From contig CBFIGY010000023.1 in assembly GCA_965662235.1 (NCBI GenBank), positions 1-45,992 on the forward strand: a stretch of DNA of 45,992 bases, in the 5' to 3' direction. The notes under the pieces are model-generated. The model was not told the origin of the DNA. It was given only the letters and a program-made list of their open reading frames with translations, and did no database searches. Position numbers and translations under genes: made by a program. This document shows, in pieces, positions 18,451-27,515 of the stretch; position 1 is the first letter of the stretch, and each line of letters opens with the position of its first letter. This DNA comes from an uncultured bacterium (GTDB taxonomy: Bacteria; SAR324; NAC60-12).

Positions 18451-19116
18451 TTAGGGCTGCTCCTGCAACCACTGGAGCAGCTCCTGCGGATGGGCCACCA
18501 CCTTCTGGGCTCCATGGGCCCAGAGCTCCTCTTCCTCTCGGAATCCCCACTTCACCCCCACCGCATACGCGCCCGCGTTGACCGCGGTCTTCATGTCCAC
18601 CAGCGTGTCACCAACGTAGGCGATCGCGCCCGGAGCAATTTGCCACTGCTCGGCAATCTCCAGCAGCCCCGCAGGGTCCGGCTTCTTGTTGATGCCCTCA
18701 CGTTGCCCCAGCACCGCGTCAAACCGGTACGGCGCCAGCAGCGACTCCACACACTGCACCGTGAATCGGTGGGGCTTGTTGGACAGCACCGCCTGCCGAA
18801 TCCCCAGGCCCGCGAGCCCTTCCAGCAGGTCTCCGATGCCGTCGTAAGGGCGGGTCTGGCGGTTCCAGTTGTCCTGATAAACCTCCTCAAAACGCCGGTG
18901 CGCCCTCGAGATCGTTTCAGGCGTCCGCTCCGCCTCCGGAAGGGTTCGTTCCGCCAGCACTCGGGAGCCGTCGCCAATGAAGTGATTGAACGCGGCAACC
19001 GGATGTTCTGGATGCCCCAGCTCCCGCAAGACGGTGTTCATCGTTGTGGCAATGTCAGCCAAACTGTTGAGCAGGGTTCCGTCTAGGTCGTAGCAAACGG
19101 CTTGGATCTTGGGCAT
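18451..19116 (-). CDS. HAD-family hydrolase (phosphoglycolate phosphatase-like)
   Basis: DLDGTL, SNK, KPDP, YVGD...D and WGF motifs. Confidence 0.9.
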   Translation of the reverse strand: MPKIQAVCYDLDGTLLNSLADIATTMNTVLRELGHPEHPVAAFNHFIGDGSRVLAERTLPEAERTPETISRAHRRFEEVYQDNWNRQTRPYDGIGDLLEGLAGLGIRQAVLSNKPHRFTVQCVESLLAPYRFDAVLGQREGINKKPDPAGLLEIAEQWQIAPGAIAYVGDTLVDMKTAVNAGAYAVGVKWGFREEEELWAHGAQKVVAHPQELLQWLQEQP

Positions 19117-19134
19117 GCGGTCCTCCAGAAAGGG

Positions 19135-20529
19135 TCAGGGAAGGCGAGACAGGACCTCGCGGATGCGGTCGGCGTCCATCGCAATCAGGACGCTCTGGTT
19201 TTGCGTAAAGGTGACGCGTCCGGGAGCACCTCCTCGGAGCTTCTTGACAAACTTGCGACGCGTGTAGTCCACCTCGACGTTCCGCTCCAGCCGCAGCTTG
19301 GAGTAGTGGGCGGCCAGCAACGCGGCTTCTTCAAGCGTCCGGGGAGGCAGCTCACGAGAGCCGGTGTGCACCACCACATGGGCGCCCCCAACCCCTTGGA
19401 CGTGAAACCACCAGTCGTTGCCCCGGGCCCAACGGAACGTCACTTGCTCATTCTCGCGGGCGTTCCGTCCAATCCAGATTTCCAGGCCGTCACTGCTGAT
19501 CCGAGCCAAGGGGTCGCTGGCTTCCGGAGCCTTTGAGGTCTGTGGCAAACGCTGCTCCAGCCGGTCCGCTTGATGCTGAAGCCAATCCGGAAGCTCCTGC
19601 TTCCACGTCTCAAATGCAGCCACGGAAGACACCGAGGCCAGGGCTTCGCGCCTTTCCGTCAGAACAGCGAGCTGCGTTTCCGTTTGCTGAAGGCGCTCCT
19701 CCACATGCGGCACCGACTTTTCCAGCTTGTCCGCCCGCTGGTACCAGCGGTTCACCAGAGCCTGTGGGGTCCACTCCGGATCCAACGCAAGGGTTACTTC
19801 CGGAAGCGCAGGATCGAAAAAATCCGTCACCTGTACCTGCTGCTGCCCAGGCTGAATCCGTCCCAGCGCCGTCTTGAGCAGGTCGGCACGGCGACGGACG
19901 GCGTCCGCTTGAGCCGCGTTGATCGCGTCCTGCTGCTGGTGCTCAAGCATGCGCTTCCAGTGCCGGTGCAATCGTTTCATGCGCCGCACCCACTTCTCCT
20001 TTTCTTGGTCCTGAGCCCAGTCGCTTTCTTCCTGAGCGTCCTGCTCCCAGAGGCCAGAAGCCGGGGCCGTCCAGCGTTCCGGAAGCACGTAGGGCTTGCC
20101 CTGAGAGAGCTTGCGATGCGTTTGGTTGGGATTGAAAAGCGCCATCTGCAGCGCGTGTTCACCGTTCAGCAGCAGCCAGTTGCTGCGGGGGCCGTTGTCT
20201 TCCCAGACAAGGTAAAACCGCTCCGGGCCTTTCGGCGTCTGCAGGGTCCAGGTCAGTTCTAGGGCCTGCGGATGCAGCCACTGAATCTCGGTGAGCACCG
20301 CATTGAGGAGGCACTTGCGTAGCCAGAGGCAAAACACCGGAGGCCGGAGGGGATTGGAAAGCCGCCGCGTGACGACAAACACCCCCCCGTGCTGAGGATG
20401 CGCCGAGCACCAGATGTTCTGGGCCCGGCCGGTGTACAGCTCCAAAAGGATGACATGAGGGAGCGGCTGAGCAATGCGCTGAATCCGCCCGCCCAGGAGG
20501 GGGGAAAGATCGGGGGCGGGCGTGGTCAT
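19135..20529 (-). CDS. NFACT/RqcH (FbpA-like) ribosome quality-control family protein
   Basis: NFACT-N (P.P.F...LRK.L, E..G..SN.LL), coiled coil, and NFACT-R (GRNA.EN..T, D.WFH.....G.HVV, AA.LAA.YS, VDYT..KFVKK....PG.V). Confidence 0.87.
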   Translation of the reverse strand: MTTPAPDLSPLLGGRIQRIAQPLPHVILLELYTGRAQNIWCSAHPQHGGVFVVTRRLSNPLRPPVFCLWLRKCLLNAVLTEIQWLHPQALELTWTLQTPKGPERFYLVWEDNGPRSNWLLLNGEHALQMALFNPNQTHRKLSQGKPYVLPERWTAPASGLWEQDAQEESDWAQDQEKEKWVRRMKRLHRHWKRMLEHQQQDAINAAQADAVRRRADLLKTALGRIQPGQQQVQVTDFFDPALPEVTLALDPEWTPQALVNRWYQRADKLEKSVPHVEERLQQTETQLAVLTERREALASVSSVAAFETWKQELPDWLQHQADRLEQRLPQTSKAPEASDPLARISSDGLEIWIGRNARENEQVTFRWARGNDWWFHVQGVGGAHVVVHTGSRELPPRTLEEAALLAAHYSKLRLERNVEVDYTRRKFVKKLRGGAPGRVTFTQNQSVLIAMDADRIREVLSRLP

Positions 20530-20531
20530 GA

Positions 20532-21533
20532 TCAGTCGCGGGGGATGTCCCGGGCAAAGCGGACGGCCAAGTGGAAGAAATCCATGGCCCGGGTGCCCAG
20601 CTCTTCCTGCTGCAAAGCCACCTTCAGCTCACACAGCTGAATGCCCTGCTTGAGCGCCTGGAAGGTCAGGTACAGCGGAAGGATCTGCAGCAAACTCTTG
20701 TCCTTTGACGCATAAAGGTACGAGTCCAGAAAGGCCTGGGCCGCCGGTTCCTGCTTGTGCTGATGCAGCGCCACCATCAGCGTGGCCACATCGTTGGCCA
20801 CATCGAGGTTTCCGTACTTCTTGTGGTGCACCTCCAGCGGACTGATGAAGGTCACGTGCTTGTCCTTGATGTGCAGGTGTCCGGGCAGAAACGCGCCATG
20901 CCCTTCCACCACAGACTTCTTCCGGCGCTTGGCAAATAGCTTGGTCTGCTCCTCCAGGAACTTTTCCACCGGATGCTTCACCATGTCCAGGATCGGCTGC
21001 GTGACCGCGGGAGGGTAGTAGCGTTTCATCTGATACATCAGGTCCGTGGTCAGCTCCCGGAGCTTCTCCGGTCGCGCCATCTCGGCCTGCTTGTCCTTTG
21101 CTGGGTGGGCGGCATGGACGTCGGCAAGGCGCTCCGCAATGATTTCCAGCTCCTTCGGGTCCAGTGGTCCTTTGTCCAGACGCTTGTTCAGAAAGCCAGC
21201 CTCGCCTAGGTAGGGCAGCTGAAGGGCATAGTCCACCGGGGTGCCTTCCGTACCACCCAACGCAAACGACCCATCGGCCCGCTCCCGGACGGAAACCACC
21301 AGGGCTGGCCAGTCCGGGTTGAAGTTCTGGAGCAGGCGCCGCTCCTCATGACAAAACGCCTCCTTGACCGCAAGGTTGGAGAAGTCATTGGCCGGCTTCT
21401 TGACCTTGTAGAGCTCATCCTCCACCCGCAACAGAAAGGAGGTGGGGGTCTGGGTAAGCTTCACTGGCGAGCGTCCTGAGTGCGCATCGGGGTGCTTCAA
21501 CGCATCAAGGTGCGCAGGAGTCGAATGAGGCAT
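20532..21533 (-). CDS. COG2187-like aminoglycoside-phosphotransferase-fold protein with degenerate catalytic motifs
   Basis: YKVKKP..DFS......FC.EE.RL and D.A.D.A.L pattern of the APH-like domain of bifunctional APH/AAA proteins; no C-terminal kinase domain. Start at MPHS assumed. Confidence 0.7.
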   Translation of the reverse strand: MPHSTPAHLDALKHPDAHSGRSPVKLTQTPTSFLLRVEDELYKVKKPANDFSNLAVKEAFCHEERRLLQNFNPDWPALVVSVRERADGSFALGGTEGTPVDYALQLPYLGEAGFLNKRLDKGPLDPKELEIIAERLADVHAAHPAKDKQAEMARPEKLRELTTDLMYQMKRYYPPAVTQPILDMVKHPVEKFLEEQTKLFAKRRKKSVVEGHGAFLPGHLHIKDKHVTFISPLEVHHKKYGNLDVANDVATLMVALHQHKQEPAAQAFLDSYLYASKDKSLLQILPLYLTFQALKQGIQLCELKVALQQEELGTRAMDFFHLAVRFARDIPRD

Positions 21534-21603
21534 GGCGTCCGTAGCAAAAAGTAGTTGAGATCGTTTATCTTTCTTATCATTCAGCAGCAACAGCCGTGGG
21601 GTT

Positions 21604-24012
21604 TCAAGCTGATTCGGTCGGAAGCAGCGGGGAACGGTTCCCCGTGTGCATCAGCCACAGCTGATGAGAGGCCCGGGTGACCCCCACGTAGAGCAAGTGC
21701 CGGGAGCGCGGATCGGGAGGATAGGTCCCAGCGTCAGCATCGGCAATGATCACGTAATCAAACTCCAACCCCTTGGTCTGGGCAATGTCCGTCACCTCAA
21801 TGCCTGCGGTGAAGGGAAACTCCTGATCCCGGATGCGGCGCAGGTTCATCAGGTCAGCCCGCTGCAGGCCTTCATAAAGCACATCGGCGGCTTCAGCGGT
21901 TCGGGTCAGCACCGCGACACTGGCCTGTGGCTCACGCAGCATCAGGCTCTCAAGGGCATCTCCCAGAAACGCCAGCAGCACCCCCATCTCGGCAAAGGAA
22001 AAGGTTTCAACCGACGCTCCATGCCGGACTGCTTCCCAGTCTTGGTTCACGCTCAGGTCCCCAATGACCTCCCGGGCTACCTCCATGATTTCATAGGTCG
22101 AACGGTACCCGATCCGGAGGGGCTCCAGGGCCGTGACGTCGTACCCCAGCTGCCCGATCGAGTCCTGCCAGTCCTGATGCGTCCGGCCTTCCATGATGCG
22201 CTGGTCCATGTCTCCCGCAAGGGTCACGCTCCGGCGTTCCGGAGGGGTCAGCGACAGCAGAAGCTGGAATTCCGTGGGGCTGAAGTCCTGGGCCTCGTCG
22301 ATGAGCAGGTGCCGGTACAGCAGGCGTTTTCCGTTCTTGCGCCGCAAGGGGCTGACCAGGATCTGCCGCAGCAGCAGCAGCAGCGTGTCGTCCTCTTCAT
22401 CTAAAGACGGAACCTCTTCCTCAAACCCAAGGCTGGGTGCCAGTCCCGACAGCTCATGCTCCTGAGCAATCGACCGGAGCGTCTGCTGGGTTTCCTCGTC
22501 TTCTGCCTCCCGACGCTTCTGGTACTGCCGGACGGACCAGGACCAGATGCTCTCCAGCTGCCCGGGGGTAAAGCGCCCCGGAGCAAGCCGCTCAGCCGCC
22601 TGAAAGAGGTCCTGCTTGGCCAGCAGCCGGTCTTCAAAGAACTGCCGGACAAACCGCTCCGGCTTTTCTCGTTCCGGAAAGAACTCTTCCAGCACCGAGA
22701 GGATGCGTTGCGCAATGGCCGGATTGGAACATGGGGGCACTCCCTGCACCCGGAAGGTTCCGCCTGCCCAGCGCTCTAGGGCATTCAAGCGCGTCCACAA
22801 CGGGTCCCGGACCAGCACCGACCAACAGGTGCGGAGGTCGTCTTCCCCCCGGACGCCTGCCGCTCGGCGGGTCAATTCCTTCCAGAAGGCTTCCGATTGC
22901 GCCTCTGCTTCCTCAGTGAACCACCGCAGCACAAACGGGTGCCGCTTGAACTCAATCACCGCCACCGGTGTGTGGTCGGTGTAGTGCTTGGGCATCCCGG
23001 AAACGTGCTGGGACCGGAGCCGGGAAACCCAGCTTTGAAACACCTGGGCTGGCACCTGCTCCACCCCCAAGGCCGGGAGCACCTTGGAAATGTAACGGGC
23101 GAGTGCCGGACCAAACACCACGGGTAAAACCGACTTGGCGGTAAAGTAGTGAGGTTGCTGCGCCAGGAGGTACGCCAGCCGATGCAGCGCCACGGTGGTT
23201 TTGCCCGATCCGGCACCTCCCTGAATGAGGACAATTGCGGAGTCCGGATGCGTGATGGCGGTAAACTGGTCGCGATCGATCAACGCCGTGATCTGCTGCA
23301 GGTGCTTGTCCACCCGGTACTCCTGCCGGGACGCGCCTCCCCCCAGCCGGCGGACGGGCTGCTGTTCCGGACGCTGTGCCGAGCCGCTTCCTCCGGCAAG
23401 GGTCGGGGCGCCAGAAGACGCCACTTGCCAGCCGAACTCCTGCTGCTCGAGCACCACGTCTCCTGTGCTGATGCGGACCAGGCGTCCTTCCTCCAGCTGC
23501 AGCACCCGGCGGGCCAGCACCGTGCCTTCCAGCTCACGGTTGCCAATTTCCTCAAAGTACTCGTCCCCCTCCCGGTAGCGGTAAAAGACAACGCTAATCG
23601 GAGCGTTTTTCCAGTCCACAATCGGACAGGGCAGGTGAGGCGAGAGGCAGTTCCGGCTTCCAATCAGCACGTCCCGGATGCGTTTGCCCTCTTGCAGGCG
23701 AAGGTGCCCGAAGTACGGCGCGCTCAGGTCCGGAAGCGCGGTCCGCTTGAGCTGCTCCTGCTGCTGCGTGATGAGCGCCAGCTGCTCCATCTGCGCCATG
23801 ATCGCCGGGACGTCTTCGTTACGCGCCTCTCCCAGGGAATCCCGGAGCTCCATCAGGTCCTGATAGACGTTGGCGGCACCGTCTTCTGCTTGCTGAGACA
23901 GAATGCCCTGCTGAATCTGCCGCAGCAGGCCCTCTTCTTCCTCAATCAAGGCTTGGTGTTCGGCGGTCAGTTCAAAAGCAGGAGCCAAGGCGTTCATGGT
24001 ACAGGCGTTCAT
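21604..24012 (-). CDS. HelD-like SF1 helicase/ATPase (RNA polymerase recycling factor family)
   Basis: PYFG, DW+.AP.S..FY, Q...I, GGAGSGKTTVALHRLAYL, IDEAQD, GD.DQ, YRST.EI, KGLEFD and LYV..TRA motifs. Start uncertain (24012 or 23997). Confidence 0.85.
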   Translation of the reverse strand: MNACTMNALAPAFELTAEHQALIEEEEGLLRQIQQGILSQQAEDGAANVYQDLMELRDSLGEARNEDVPAIMAQMEQLALITQQQEQLKRTALPDLSAPYFGHLRLQEGKRIRDVLIGSRNCLSPHLPCPIVDWKNAPISVVFYRYREGDEYFEEIGNRELEGTVLARRVLQLEEGRLVRISTGDVVLEQQEFGWQVASSGAPTLAGGSGSAQRPEQQPVRRLGGGASRQEYRVDKHLQQITALIDRDQFTAITHPDSAIVLIQGGAGSGKTTVALHRLAYLLAQQPHYFTAKSVLPVVFGPALARYISKVLPALGVEQVPAQVFQSWVSRLRSQHVSGMPKHYTDHTPVAVIEFKRHPFVLRWFTEEAEAQSEAFWKELTRRAAGVRGEDDLRTCWSVLVRDPLWTRLNALERWAGGTFRVQGVPPCSNPAIAQRILSVLEEFFPEREKPERFVRQFFEDRLLAKQDLFQAAERLAPGRFTPGQLESIWSWSVRQYQKRREAEDEETQQTLRSIAQEHELSGLAPSLGFEEEVPSLDEEDDTLLLLLRQILVSPLRRKNGKRLLYRHLLIDEAQDFSPTEFQLLLSLTPPERRSVTLAGDMDQRIMEGRTHQDWQDSIGQLGYDVTALEPLRIGYRSTYEIMEVAREVIGDLSVNQDWEAVRHGASVETFSFAEMGVLLAFLGDALESLMLREPQASVAVLTRTAEAADVLYEGLQRADLMNLRRIRDQEFPFTAGIEVTDIAQTKGLEFDYVIIADADAGTYPPDPRSRHLLYVGVTRASHQLWLMHTGNRSPLLPTESA

Positions 24013-24158
24013 CAATCAGCAGAATCAGGTGGTCTTGTTCGGTGGCCCAACAGCGTAACGGAAGTCACAGGAGAGCACCAGCGGAACTCGCCAGCGTGCT
24101 TCTGAAAGCACAGGTCTGGGACCAAAAAATAAGAAAGGGAGCTTGCTGAGGAAGGGGA

Positions 24159-24179
24159 TCCGGGAGCGAGGCTCCCGGA
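24159..24179 (-). terminator. Hairpin just downstream of rpsA
   Basis: TCCGGGAGC-gag-GCTCCCGGA, a 9-bp perfect stem 12 bp after the rpsA stop. No canonical downstream U-tract on the minus strand. Confidence 0.55.
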
Positions 24180-24191
24180 AAAAAGGAAGGC

Positions 24192-25889
24192 TTACTCTTC
24201 GGTCGCGTCGTTTTGCGACTCGTCGGCGTCTTCGGAGTCATCTAGGTCAGGAGACGCCAGTTCCATGACCTCCATGATGCTCAGGCCTAGGCGTCGCTCC
24301 TCGGTGTCCACCTTGATGACACGGGCGCGCACCTCGGTGCCCACAGGGTAGAACTCCTGCAGCTTCGCTTTTGGCACCGCGTTGTCGATTTCGGAAATGT
24401 GCACCAGCCCCTCAACGCCGTCTGAGATCTCGACAAAGATCCCGAAGTCGGTCAGGTTAACGACCTTCCCGGTGACTTCAGCGTTCAGTGGATAGCGCTC
24501 ATCTAGGTTCTTCCACGGGTCTTCGCTCAGCTGCTTGATGCCGAGGGAGAGCCGCTCCTGCGACACGTCGATGTTGAGGACCTTGACCTCAAGCTCGTCG
24601 CCCTTCTTCACCAATTCCGACGGCTTGCGCTGCCGCTGAGACCAAGAGATGTCCGAGACGTGCACCAGTCCGTCGATCCCCTCGTCCAGTCCCACAAAGA
24701 TTCCGAAGTCGGTGATGTTGCGGACCTTGCCCTTGACGATGGAGCCGATCGGGTAGCGGTCCATGGCAATGCGCCATGGGTTCGGCTCGGCTTCCTTCAT
24801 GGAGAGGGAGATGCGCTTGCGCTCGACGTCCAGATCCTTCACCACCGCTTCCACTTCCTGTCCAAGCTGGACAATCTTGGAGGGGTGACGGACCTTGCGG
24901 GTCCAGGACATTTCGGACACGTGGATCAGGCCCTCGACGCCCGGCTCCAGCTCGATGAAGGCGCCGTATTCGGTGAGGCTGACGATCTTGCCCTGAATCT
25001 TGGTGCCGGCCGGGTACTTGTCGGCCACAGAGTCCCACGGATTCGCAAACTTCTGCTTGAGGCCCAAGGAGACCTTTTGATCTTCCGGGTAGAACTTGAG
25101 GATGATCACTTCCACTTCGTCGCCGATGCTGAACATCTCGGACGGGTGAACGATGCGGCCCCAGGTCATGTCGGTGATGTGCAGCAGTCCATCCACACCG
25201 CCGAGGTCGACAAAGACCCCGTAGTCGGTGATGTTCTTGACGTGTCCGGTGATGAGAGCGCCTTCGCGGAGCACCTTGAGGGTCTCCTTGCGCTTTTCCT
25301 CGCGCTCGACTTCCAGCAGAGCCCGGCGAGACAGAACGATGTTGCCGCGCTTCTGGTTGTACTTGAGGATCTTGAACTCGAAGCTCTCGCCCAGCAGCTT
25401 GTCGAGGTTCCGGACCGGACGCAGGTCCACCTGCGAGCCCGGCAGGAAGGCCTTGACACCGATGTCCACCGACAGACCGCCCTTGATGCGGTTGATGATC
25501 GTTCCTCGAACGGTCCCTTCTGCTTCGTAGATCGTGCCGATCTTCTCCCAGGTCCGCATCTTCTCCGCTTTGCGCTTCGAGATCAGAGGCACCCCGTCCT
25601 CGACCTCCAGCGCGTCAACGTACACCTCGACGGTATCGCCGATGTTGACCGTCAACTCACCTTCCGAGTCGATGAATTCGTCATAAGGAACCAGACAGTC
25701 TGCCTTGAAGCCGATGTCAATGGTCACAAACTCCTTGCTGACGTCTGTGACAGCGCCATTGACAATGCTCTGCTCCTGAACCCCTAGCAGGGTTTCTTCG
25801 TAGAGCGCTTCAAAGTCATCACTCTCTTCAAAGAAAACGATGGGTTCCAGGTTGGTGGGGGAGGAAAGTTCTGTTGAGGCCATGATCAT
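24192..25889 (-). CDS. rpsA: 30S ribosomal protein S1
   Basis: Six S1 domains (AFLPGSQVD, VKNITDYGVFVDLGG.DGLLH, EGLIHVSEMSW, DGLVHVSDISW). Confidence 0.98.
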   Translation of the reverse strand: MIMASTELSSPTNLEPIVFFEESDDFEALYEETLLGVQEQSIVNGAVTDVSKEFVTIDIGFKADCLVPYDEFIDSEGELTVNIGDTVEVYVDALEVEDGVPLISKRKAEKMRTWEKIGTIYEAEGTVRGTIINRIKGGLSVDIGVKAFLPGSQVDLRPVRNLDKLLGESFEFKILKYNQKRGNIVLSRRALLEVEREEKRKETLKVLREGALITGHVKNITDYGVFVDLGGVDGLLHITDMTWGRIVHPSEMFSIGDEVEVIILKFYPEDQKVSLGLKQKFANPWDSVADKYPAGTKIQGKIVSLTEYGAFIELEPGVEGLIHVSEMSWTRKVRHPSKIVQLGQEVEAVVKDLDVERKRISLSMKEAEPNPWRIAMDRYPIGSIVKGKVRNITDFGIFVGLDEGIDGLVHVSDISWSQRQRKPSELVKKGDELEVKVLNIDVSQERLSLGIKQLSEDPWKNLDERYPLNAEVTGKVVNLTDFGIFVEISDGVEGLVHISEIDNAVPKAKLQEFYPVGTEVRARVIKVDTEERRLGLSIMEVMELASPDLDDSEDADESQNDATEE

Positions 25890-26117
25890 TTAACCGTCCG
25901 CAGGGGTGCGAGCCGGTGCAAAAGGGTTCATCATCAACTCTCGGAAGAGAGCTTTGTAAAAGCTTTATAGATTAGCTCCTCCCCTCCGGCAAAGTCAAAA
26001 GAAAAGCAGGGCCGGCTTTGTGCGATGCGCAAGTGGCTTGACTCGCCTCCCCAGAGCGCCTAGAAAGGTTTCTTACAGAATCGTTTATTCTCCTTCCCTT
26101 TGCCACAGAGATCCCAA

Positions 26118-26489
26118 ATGGATGCCCGAAACGTTTCTTCCTCCCCTTCGCTTCCGCTTGCCACCAGCAAGCCGACGACCTCCACCACCCCGATTTCCCT
26201 GGGGCTGGAGGAGATCCGGAAGATCCGTCAGGGGTTTGAGCAAGAGGCCGCACAGCTGAGGCCCGCCTTGGGAACCCAGGAACATCAATCCATGCTGGTT
26301 GCCATGTACGAAGGCACTGAGGTTTTGCTCAATCGGACGGTTCCGGAGTTTGCGGTGGTGGAGTACCTCGAGGGGCTCAAGCTAACGGCGCAGGACCTTC
26401 AGCAACGGGGCTTCCACGGGGGCGAGTACCAGCAGCGCCTGCTGGAACAGTCCCGGCACTCCCTTGAAGGCATGCTCGCACGGATCTGA
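26118..26489 (+). CDS. Hypothetical protein (about 123 aa, Ser/Thr-rich N-terminus, helical C-terminus)
   Basis: ATG at 26118; ends 14 bp before the next co-oriented gene; plausible protein composition. No recognisable family. Confidence 0.6.
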   Translation: MDARNVSSSPSLPLATSKPTTSTTPISLGLEEIRKIRQGFEQEAAQLRPALGTQEHQSMLVAMYEGTEVLLNRTVPEFAVVEYLEGLKLTAQDLQQRGFHGGEYQQRLLEQSRHSLEGMLARI

Positions 26490-26503
26490 AGACGACGGTC
26501 ACC

Positions 26504-27499
26504 ATGCCTGCCCTGCTGGACGTTCAAGAGCTGAAGACCCACTTCCCGGTTCGCCAGGGATTGTGGCGGAAGGCCGTTCAGCACATCCGGGCCGTGGACG
26601 GCGTCAGCTTCACGCTCCAGGCCGGCGAAACCCTTGGCCTGGTGGGCGAGTCCGGATGCGGCAAGTCCACGGTCGGACGCAGCATCCTGCACCTCACCCC
26701 TCCGACCTCCGGAGAGGTGATCTTTAATGGCACCGCGCTGAGCGCACTCTCGTCGACGCAGCTGCGGGAGTTGCGGATTCAGATGCAGATGATCTTCCAG
26801 AACCCGCTGTCGTCTCTCAATCCGCGCCTGACCGTGGAAGAGATTGTCACCAGCGCCCCGCTCTACCACGGACTGATCCCCCGGCAACAGGTCCGGAAGG
26901 AAGCGGCACGGCTGCTGGACCGTGTGGGCATGAGCGTGCAGCACCTGCAGCGCTTTCCTCACGAGTTTTCCGGAGGACAACGTCAGCGCCTCTGCATTGC
27001 ACGGGCGCTCTCTCTCAATCCACGCTTGATCATCTGCGATGAGGCCGTCTCGGCATTGGACGTTTCCATCCAAGCGCAGATCCTCAACCTCCTGAAGGAC
27101 CTGCAGGCAGACCAGCACCTGAGCTACCTGTTCATCAGCCATGACATGGGCGTCATCCGCTACATCGCCGACCGGGTGGCCGTCATGTACCTGGGTCGCG
27201 TGGTGGAACTGGCTGACAAGGAAACCCTGTTTCAGCACCCCAAGCACCCTTACACCCAGGCGCTCCTGCAGGCCATTCCTGCGGATCACCCTCGTCGCCG
27301 ACGCTTGAAGCATCAGGCGCTCAGAGGCGATGTCCCCAGCCCCACACAGGTTTACGCAGGGTGCCCGTTTGCCGACCGTTGCCCCTTGGCCACCGACCAC
27401 TGTCGACAGAGCCCTCCTCCTTGGCGGGAGTTGGCGCCGGGACATCACGCCCGCTGTCACCTGGCCGAACCGACTCCTCACGGAGCTACTTTCAACTAA
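26504..27499 (+). CDS. Oligopeptide/dipeptide ABC transporter ATP-binding protein (OppF/AppF-like)
   Basis: [43 protein letters not shown] and the C-terminal Cys cluster GC.F..RC.....C. Confidence 0.93.
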   Translation: MPALLDVQELKTHFPVRQGLWRKAVQHIRAVDGVSFTLQAGETLGLVGESGCGKSTVGRSILHLTPPTSGEVIFNGTALSALSSTQLRELRIQMQMIFQNPLSSLNPRLTVEEIVTSAPLYHGLIPRQQVRKEAARLLDRVGMSVQHLQRFPHEFSGGQRQRLCIARALSLNPRLIICDEAVSALDVSIQAQILNLLKDLQADQHLSYLFISHDMGVIRYIADRVAVMYLGRVVELADKETLFQHPKHPYTQALLQAIPADHPRRRRLKHQALRGDVPSPTQVYAGCPFADRCPLATDHCRQSPPPWRELAPGHHARCHLAEPTPHGATFN

Positions 27500-27515
27500 T
27501 TGATCTGGACCGAAC

